This document shows positions 57,516 to 64,000 of a stretch of DNA of 64,000 nucleotides, piece by piece. Position 1 is the first letter of the stretch; every line of letters begins with the position of its first letter. The DNA is from an uncultured Sangeribacter sp. GTDB lineage: Bacteria; Bacteroidota; Bacteroidia; Bacteroidales; Muribaculaceae. The position numbers and the translations under genes were made by a program. The stretch covers positions 6,339-70,338 of the forward strand of contig CAZKJP010000001.1 in NCBI GenBank assembly GCA_964553075.1. The letters are read 5' to 3'. Below the pieces are notes generated by a model that ran no database searches, was not told the DNA's origin, and was given only the letters and a program-made list of their open reading frames with translations.

Positions 57516-58427
57516 ATGAGCAAACTTGGATTGATAGTTTCGCAAGAATATAAAACTTCGGTATTTTCCAAATCATTTATAATCAGTACCTTCTTGGTAC
57601 CTGTTCTCATCTTCATTTTCGGGGCAGTAATAGGAGTGCTGATGGCCAATTCGGACTCTTTGGAGACAGTAGGCTCCATAGCTTCAGGAATGGGTGGAGA
57701 TACAGATAAAGAAATGACCGGTGCCCAGGCTATGGGAATGATGTGTGGGTTCGCTATGACTATGTTTGTGATGACCTATGGAGCCGCTATCTTCAATAAA
57801 GTAAAACAAGAAAAGACCAACCGTATAATCGAGGTATTGGCAACTTGTGTTAACGGACGTACTCTGATGATAGCTAAAGTGATAAGTATAGGCTTGATGG
57901 GTCTGACGCAATTGATTGCCTGGGGTTTGATCTTAGGTATATTAGGATTCGGTTGTATTTTAATTTTCAATATTGAGATTCCTTGGAATATTGTCTTTTC
58001 CGGTAGAGTGATAGGTATGTTATTGTGGTGTATCGGTTACTTCTTAGGAGGATATGTCTTCTTTGGTTCCTTATTTGCCGCTTGCGGTGCTACTACGGAT
58101 CGCAACAACGAGAATCAGGAGTATATGTCGGTATTGACTTTCATACTTATAGGTTCTATGTACTTGGGAATGTTCGTAGTAGACCATCCATCTTCGGTTG
58201 TGGCGACAGTCTTCTCGTTTATACCGCTGACTGCTCCGACATGCGGTGTAGTCGGAGCTGTATCCGGTCAGAATCCAATATGGCTTTCTCTTCTGTCTCT
58301 CCTTACTCTTTGGGCATTTGCGGGAATTACCCTCATCCTTGCCGGTAAGATTTATACTTCCTCCCTATTACTCATGGGCAAAAAATTAACTCCTAAAGAC
58401 ATCTTGACCTTCCTTAAAAGCAAGTAA
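57516..58427 (+). CDS. ABC-2 type (NatB/YhaP-like) permease
   Basis: EKTNRIIEVL motif and about 6 TM helices. Follows the ATPase. Confidence 0.87.
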   Translation: MSKLGLIVSQEYKTSVFSKSFIISTFLVPVLIFIFGAVIGVLMANSDSLETVGSIASGMGGDTDKEMTGAQAMGMMCGFAMTMFVMTYGAAIFNKVKQEKTNRIIEVLATCVNGRTLMIAKVISIGLMGLTQLIAWGLILGILGFGCILIFNIEIPWNIVFSGRVIGMLLWCIGYFLGGYVFFGSLFAACGATTDRNNENQEYMSVLTFILIGSMYLGMFVVDHPSSVVATVFSFIPLTAPTCGVVGAVSGQNPIWLSLLSLLTLWAFAGITLILAGKIYTSSLLLMGKKLTPKDILTFLKSK

Positions 58428-58489
58428 GGGTCTAAGATTTAGTTAGATGTTCATATTAGGACAAGTAGGAACTAATCTGATTAAGAAGT

Positions 58490-59416
58490 ATGGAGATTCA
58501 TTTTGCACCCATTCAAGGTCATACAGATGCGGCCTATCGGAATACTCATTCCCGTCTTTTCAAAGGGGTAGATTATTATTACACTCCTTTTATAAGATGG
58601 GAGTCTGAAGGAATACGTCCCAGGGATTTAAAAGATATTTCCCGCGAGCTGAACCCGGATTGCAAACCTATTCCTCAAATTATTTTTAGAGATAAGACCG
58701 AGCTCAGAAACTTGATTAAGGTTCTATATGAAAATGGCGAGCGCCGGATAGACTTGAACATGGGCTGTCCATTCCCTCTTCAGACAGCACGAGGCCGCGG
58801 TGCTTCTTTGGTGTCGAATGAAGAGATGGCTAAGGAAATAGTACGTGTAACCGAAGAATATCAGGACGTAGAGTTCTCTATCAAGATGCGTTTAGGCTTT
58901 AAGGATCCGGATGAATGGAAAATCTCCCTTCCGATTCTTAATGATGCTAAATTAAGACATATTACTCTTCATCCTCGCTTTGCCTCCCAGCAATACGGTG
59001 GTGAGCCAGACTTAGAAAGGTTCGAAGAATTTTATAAGACTTGTAAACATCCTCTCATTTATAACGGTGATATTACGGAGCTTGCCAAATTTAAGGAGAT
59101 TGTAGCCCGTTTCCCGAATCTGAAGGGAGTGATGATCGGAAGAGGATTGATCGCGCGCCCGTCTCTTGCCGAAGAAATCATTGAAGAGAGAGAATTTCCG
59201 AAAGATGAACGAATACAAAGACTTCTTCAATTCCACCGTTCCCTCTTAGGCCATTATCGTGACACTCTTTGTGGTGATTCTCAGATTTTAGGTAAGATAA
59301 AACCATTCTGGGAATATTCAGAAGAGGAAATAGGTCGTAAACCTTGGAAATCAATTAAAAAGGCCGTAAATATGGCAAAGTATCAGACTGCCGTAGCCTC
59401 CATTCAGGATAGATAA
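58490..59416 (+). CDS. tRNA-dihydrouridine synthase family protein
   Basis: FAPIQG.TD, DLNMGCP, KMRLG, HPR, NGDI and MIGRG. Confidence 0.9.
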   Translation: MEIHFAPIQGHTDAAYRNTHSRLFKGVDYYYTPFIRWESEGIRPRDLKDISRELNPDCKPIPQIIFRDKTELRNLIKVLYENGERRIDLNMGCPFPLQTARGRGASLVSNEEMAKEIVRVTEEYQDVEFSIKMRLGFKDPDEWKISLPILNDAKLRHITLHPRFASQQYGGEPDLERFEEFYKTCKHPLIYNGDITELAKFKEIVARFPNLKGVMIGRGLIARPSLAEEIIEEREFPKDERIQRLLQFHRSLLGHYRDTLCGDSQILGKIKPFWEYSEEEIGRKPWKSIKKAVNMAKYQTAVASIQDR

Positions 59417-59493
59417 CCGGCTTTTCATTATTTTATACTTCAATGAAAGAGAGTAAAATAAGATATACATTCACCAATAATACTTTTTACTGT

Positions 59494-60861
59494 ATGAAAC
59501 ACCTTTACTTACTTGGACTTGCGTGTCTGGCAGGTTTAACCCTGCAAGCAGCCACTCCCGCTAAAATCAATGAACGGCAGGAGCTGAAAAAGCAAGCTAA
59601 CAAGAACATCGCATCAGAAGGGAGAACACTGAGACTTAGTTCGGACTCCATGCGTGCCAAACAGAGAGCTATCTCAAAAGCCCCCTCTAAGGATTACATC
59701 TTAGGGGATTATGAGGTTGATTATTGGGATAGCTACAATGAGAGGGCTATTTATGTCAATGCTACTATTACCGCCGGAGAGGACGAATCTCAGGTATATT
59801 TCAATCTTCCTATCGATCTCAAGAGCATGGGACAACCCGTAGTGGCGTTCCCGGCAACTTATGAAGATGGAGTCTTGACTTTCACCTCTGGCACTCCCCT
59901 TTCAATCGAGATCAATGGACGTACTTTCTATGATGATCTTTTCGTCTATAAGTTCAATGATGATGGTAGCTATGATTTTGCCGAGACAGCTACAGCCGTT
60001 TGGGCCGGGTATGGGTTTGACTTCGATGCTGATGATATCCTTTGCATGGCGGATCCGAAAGACGAGGATGGAGCTTGGTTCGCAGTCAGTGATATTATAA
60101 CCGAGAAATTCCTTTCCCAGAATCCTGACTTCGATATCAACGAAGGTTGGACCTCCTTAGGAAACGCTCACTTACAGGATGGTTGGGTGCTCCCTGGATT
60201 TCTGATGGATCAGTTCTTAGAAGATAATATCTGGGAGGTAGAGCTTCAGCAGAATGATGCTGACCCGAATGTATATCGTCTTGTCGAACCCTACAAAGGT
60301 AACTCGCCGATTGCAGATTTGAATGAATCTCAGCGTATGGGTTTCATTCAGTTCGATGTAACTTATCCGGATTATGTAACCTTCTATCCTGTAGATGCAG
60401 GATTTGCTTATGCTGATATGGGTATCCAGAAATTCTATTGCCAGAACTTCATGACCTATATGGTTGGGTTCTATGGTGATGCTCCGGAAGATATAGTAGA
60501 AGAGTTCGACTCTCCGACAATGCAATGGGGCAATTTCAAAGATGGAATCGTTCATCTACCTTACTTCATTGACGGGGATCTCGGTCCGGCTAATGATGCA
60601 ATGTTCGGTTATCAAGGTAAAATATTCAGTGCCTCCAATTGGACCTTTGAGAATCCTGACTTCCTATATGGAGAGCCTGCCAATATGGATACCAAGATAT
60701 ATTTCCCCGGTACCTATGGGCAGGACAACGTAGATATGGTAAAAGTTGAGGACAACGTCCGTTATTACAATCTCCAAGGTCAGGCAGTCGCATTACCTTC
60801 CAAAGGCGAGATAGTAATAAAGATCGAAAACGGCAAGTCAACCAAGACTATCCTGAAATAA
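59494..60861 (+). CDS. Secreted acidic protein with T9SS-type C-terminal sorting domain
   Basis: Signal peptide MKHLYLLGLACL..., and C-terminal VRYYNLQGQAV...GEIVIKIENGKSTKTILK. Confidence 0.75.
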   Translation: MKHLYLLGLACLAGLTLQAATPAKINERQELKKQANKNIASEGRTLRLSSDSMRAKQRAISKAPSKDYILGDYEVDYWDSYNERAIYVNATITAGEDESQVYFNLPIDLKSMGQPVVAFPATYEDGVLTFTSGTPLSIEINGRTFYDDLFVYKFNDDGSYDFAETATAVWAGYGFDFDADDILCMADPKDEDGAWFAVSDIITEKFLSQNPDFDINEGWTSLGNAHLQDGWVLPGFLMDQFLEDNIWEVELQQNDADPNVYRLVEPYKGNSPIADLNESQRMGFIQFDVTYPDYVTFYPVDAGFAYADMGIQKFYCQNFMTYMVGFYGDAPEDIVEEFDSPTMQWGNFKDGIVHLPYFIDGDLGPANDAMFGYQGKIFSASNWTFENPDFLYGEPANMDTKIYFPGTYGQDNVDMVKVEDNVRYYNLQGQAVALPSKGEIVIKIENGKSTKTILK

Positions 60862-60883
60862 TCGCTATTGATAAGATTAGATT

Positions 60884-60918
60884 ACGGTCCAAACCATTCA
60901 TGTGGTTTGGGCCGTTTT
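60884..60918 (+). terminator. Intrinsic terminator
   Basis: ACGGTCCAAACCA-TTCATG-TGGTTTGGGCCGT followed by TTT. Confidence 0.75.
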
Positions 60919-60996
60919 GCTATAGAAGGTTAGAACCACATTCTACCGTAGTTTTCCAATAAAGTTGGCGTGGTATTTGTTATAGAAAGAGAAGTT

Positions 60997-63816
60997 ATGA
61001 AAAACAATACGGAAACTCAAAGATATATCAGCGTAAAAGGAGCCAGGGTCAACAATCTCAAGAATCTTGATCTTGAGCTGCCCCTTAATAAATTCACTGT
61101 CATTACCGGGGTATCGGGTTCCGGTAAATCCTCTCTTGCCTTCGACACACTATATGCCGAGGGTCAACGTCGTTATGTTGAATCCCTGAGTGCGTATGCG
61201 CGTCAATTCTTAGGGAGAATGGCCAAACCGGAATGTGATTATATTAAAGGTCTTCCTCCGGCAATTGCCATTGAACAGAAGGTCAACACCCGAAATCCAA
61301 GAAGTACCGTAGGCACCGCCACTGAGATTTATGATTACCTGAGAATGTTGTTCGCCCGGATCGGTCGAACCTTCTCCCCTATATCCGGTGAGGAAGTCAA
61401 ACGTGAAAGTACTGATGATATAGTGAATTCTCTGCTTAAGTTAGGAGTTGGAACAAGACTCGCGTTGCTCACTCATATCTACATTCCGGAAGGAAGGGAC
61501 TTCAAAACCCATTTAGGAGTATTGCAGCAGGAGGGTTTCTCGCGTTTAGAAAAAGATGGTCAGCTGATAGACATTTCCGATCTTTCCGACGATGATCTTA
61601 TGGATGGTCCGGAAGGGTTTCGGCTCTTGATAGATAGATTGGCTATTTCTTCAGATAAAGATGAGATTTCACGTCTCGCTGATTCGTTGGAGACAGCATA
61701 TTTTGAGGGTCGAGGGGAATGTATCGTAAAGATCTGGAATGAAGATGGAGTTAACGAGAAAGTTTTCTCCAACAAGTTTTCAGCAGATGGCATTGATTTC
61801 CGTCAGCCATCTGATTTGATGTTTAATTTCAATAACCCTTATGGGGCCTGTCCTGAATGTGAAGGGTTCGGTAAGGTAATGGGGATTAGTGAAGACCTGG
61901 TAGTGCCGGATAAGACTTTGACGGTTTATCAAGGGGCTGTACAATGTTGGCGTGGAGAAAAAATGGGAGATTGGCTGAAAGCCCTTATTCGCATTGCCCC
62001 ACGTTATGATTTTCCTATCCATACCCCATATAAAGATCTGACCGAAGATCAAAAGCGTTTCCTTTGGGAGGGTAAGAATAGCTGGCAAGGTATAAATGGA
62101 TTCTTTGCCTTTGTAGATGAGAACCAATATAAGATTCAATATAGGGTACTTAAAGCAAGATACCGTGGCAAGACAACATGTCCTGTTTGTCATGGAACCC
62201 GCTTACGTCCGGATGTACAGTATGTCAAGGTCGGAGGCATGAATATCACCGAATTGGTTAAAATGCCAATCTCAGACTTGAGTGAGTTCTTTAATAACCT
62301 CACCCTCTCGGAAACGGATGCTAAAATCGGAGAGCGTCTGCTGATAGAAATTAAAAATCGGCTCTCGTTCATGAATAAAGTCGGATTAGGATACTTGACA
62401 TTGGACCGCCTTTCCTCCACTCTCTCCGGCGGAGAAAGCCAACGAATTAATCTTGCAACATCCCTCGGTTCAGCTCTTGTTGGTTCACTATACATTCTTG
62501 ATGAGCCAAGTATCGGGCTTCACTCTCGTGATACTGATAAGCTGATTGGCGTGTTGAAAGAATTAAAGGATACTGGTAACACAGTGGTGGTCGTAGAACA
62601 TGACAAAGATATAATGTTAGCCGCTGATGAGATTGTAGATATCGGACCTGATGCCGGACGCTTAGGAGGTGAACTGGTATTCCAGGGTAATTTGAAAAAG
62701 GCCTTGGAGACTGGTGAGCAATCACGTGGCTATACATTGGATTATCTTCGTGGCGTAAGAAAGATTGAAGTCCCAAAGCACCGTCGTCCCTGGACCTCTT
62801 CAATAAATGTAATGGGGGCTTGCGAAAATAACCTAAAGGATATTGATGTGAAATTTCCTTTAGGAGTAATGACCGTAGTAACAGGTGTAAGCGGCTCCGG
62901 CAAATCCACATTGGTAAGGGAAATTCTTTATAAAGGTTTACGCCGTGCTTTAGGAGAATCCGGAGAAGCGCCGGGTGCTCATACTGATTTGAATGGGGAT
63001 ATCCGTCGAATAAAAGAAGTGTTCTTTATTGATCAGAATCCAATCGGCACCTCATCTCGCTCTAATCCCGCTACTTATCTTAAGGCATTTGATGAGATTC
63101 GAGCTCTGTTCGCTTCCTGTCAGCTTGCAAAACAGATGAACTTTACTCCCGGATTCTTTTCATTCAACACTGAGGGAGGGAGATGCGAGGAATGTAAAGG
63201 AGAAGGTACTATTACAATACCGATGCAATTCATGGCCGATATGGTTGTAGAATGTGATGTCTGTCATGGTAAGCGCTTTAAGAAAGAGGTGTTGGAAGTC
63301 CTTTATCGTGGAAAGAGCATATATGATTTCCTTGAGATGACCATTGATGAATGTATGGACTTCCTTAAGGAGCAACCCGGGACGATTGAAAACAAAATAT
63401 TAGCACGTCTTCAGCCGCTGCATGATGTAGGTTTAGGTTATGTGAAATTAGGCCAAAGCTCCTCTACCCTTTCAGGTGGTGAAAACCAAAGGGTAAAGTT
63501 GGCATATTACCTCGCTCAGGATAATATGGAGAACTCTCTGTTTATTTTCGACGAGCCCACTACCGGTTTGCATTTCAATGATATCTCTACCCTTTTAGAT
63601 TCGCTTGACAGATTGGTGAAAAAAGGTCATTCTGTAATCATAATCGAACACAATATGGAAATGATAAAGTGTGCCGATTGGGTTATTGATATTGGTCCTG
63701 AAGGTGGGGAGAAAGGAGGAAACCTGGTAATTGCAGGTACACCGGAGGAAGTGGCAGCCTGCCCGGAATCTTATACCGGACATTATCTTAAAGAGGAACT
63801 TAAAAGTATCGAATAG
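60997..63816 (+). CDS. uvrA: Excinuclease ABC subunit A
   Basis: Two GVSGSGKS P-loops, two LSGGE signatures and Zn fingers. ATG at 60997. Confidence 0.97.
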   Translation: MKNNTETQRYISVKGARVNNLKNLDLELPLNKFTVITGVSGSGKSSLAFDTLYAEGQRRYVESLSAYARQFLGRMAKPECDYIKGLPPAIAIEQKVNTRNPRSTVGTATEIYDYLRMLFARIGRTFSPISGEEVKRESTDDIVNSLLKLGVGTRLALLTHIYIPEGRDFKTHLGVLQQEGFSRLEKDGQLIDISDLSDDDLMDGPEGFRLLIDRLAISSDKDEISRLADSLETAYFEGRGECIVKIWNEDGVNEKVFSNKFSADGIDFRQPSDLMFNFNNPYGACPECEGFGKVMGISEDLVVPDKTLTVYQGAVQCWRGEKMGDWLKALIRIAPRYDFPIHTPYKDLTEDQKRFLWEGKNSWQGINGFFAFVDENQYKIQYRVLKARYRGKTTCPVCHGTRLRPDVQYVKVGGMNITELVKMPISDLSEFFNNLTLSETDAKIGERLLIEIKNRLSFMNKVGLGYLTLDRLSSTLSGGESQRINLATSLGSALVGSLYILDEPSIGLHSRDTDKLIGVLKELKDTGNTVVVVEHDKDIMLAADEIVDIGPDAGRLGGELVFQGNLKKALETGEQSRGYTLDYLRGVRKIEVPKHRRPWTSSINVMGACENNLKDIDVKFPLGVMTVVTGVSGSGKSTLVREILYKGLRRALGESGEAPGAHTDLNGDIRRIKEVFFIDQNPIGTSSRSNPATYLKAFDEIRALFASCQLAKQMNFTPGFFSFNTEGGRCEECKGEGTITIPMQFMADMVVECDVCHGKRFKKEVLEVLYRGKSIYDFLEMTIDECMDFLKEQPGTIENKILARLQPLHDVGLGYVKLGQSSSTLSGGENQRVKLAYYLAQDNMENSLFIFDEPTTGLHFNDISTLLDSLDRLVKKGHSVIIIEHNMEMIKCADWVIDIGPEGGEKGGNLVIAGTPEEVAACPESYTGHYLKEELKSIE

Positions 63817-63817
63817 G

Positions 63818-64000
63818 ATGAAAGGTATTTTTATTATAGCTGGATTGTCACTTCTGTTTGTTTTCGGATCCTCTTCCTGCTCCTCACATGCGGAGCAAGA
63901 AACCCAAAGGGAGGCCAATAACCTTTATGAAGAGACTTACAAGCTCGTAAAGTTATATACGGATAGTATGCGTAACGCTCCCGACTCTGCGGCAGTAGCT
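63818..64000 (+). CDS. Putative lipoprotein, 3'-truncated by window edge
   Basis: Own translation, not in the ORF track: MKGIFIIAGLSLLFVFGSSSCSSHAEQETQREANNLYEETYKLVKLYTDSMRNAPDSAAVA, open to the end. Confidence 0.7.
   Translation, partial: MKGIFIIAGLSLLFVFGSSSCSSHAEQETQREANNLYEETYKLVKLYTDSMRNAPDSAAVA

Noticed and set aside
1-64000. tRNA, rRNA, integrase, transposase, prophage or defence genes
   Set aside because: None recognised by eye. A short ncRNA could be missed without tRNAscan or Infernal.

Overview
Gene-dense chromosomal window from a Bacteroidales bacterium, probably Muribaculaceae-like (inferred from gene content, TAnnTTTG promoter elements and a T9SS-type C-terminal domain). It holds about 53 CDS, mostly housekeeping: recJ, recQ, murF, miaA, proS, lon, mnmA, argR, ssb, speA, truA, ligA, rpe, ddl, ileS, lspA, dapA, dnaG and uvrA. 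I saw no rRNA, tRNA, CRISPR array, prophage or transposase. Two things stand out. (1) A dispersed, bulged palindromic repeat of about 42-47 bp, consensus TTAGACCCCAGTGYCTCTTAAATTTTATGAGACGGGGTCTAA, has 5 clear copies and about 9 decayed or partial ones. It overlaps stop codons, lies just behind promoters, and lies in frame inside three ORFs (miaA, a DEAD-box helicase and a DUF4296 lipoprotein). (2) An accessory module of about 8 kb (13.1-21.1 kb) encodes a DcaP-type porin, two paralogous MFS transporters and two tandem cytoplasmic Ntn-hydrolases resembling eukaryotic lysosomal phospholipase B-like proteins. It is bracketed by an inverted pair of the repeat. Also notable: an ArgC homologue lacking its catalytic Cys, a tail-less SSB, a Helicobacter/Clostridia-type hydrolase-MurF(TM)-Ddl set, an IleRS2 with a GIHH signature, a Trp-Gly-Pro repeat protein and a complete arginine-to-putrescine pathway. 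All family assignments are by motif recognition, with no database search.
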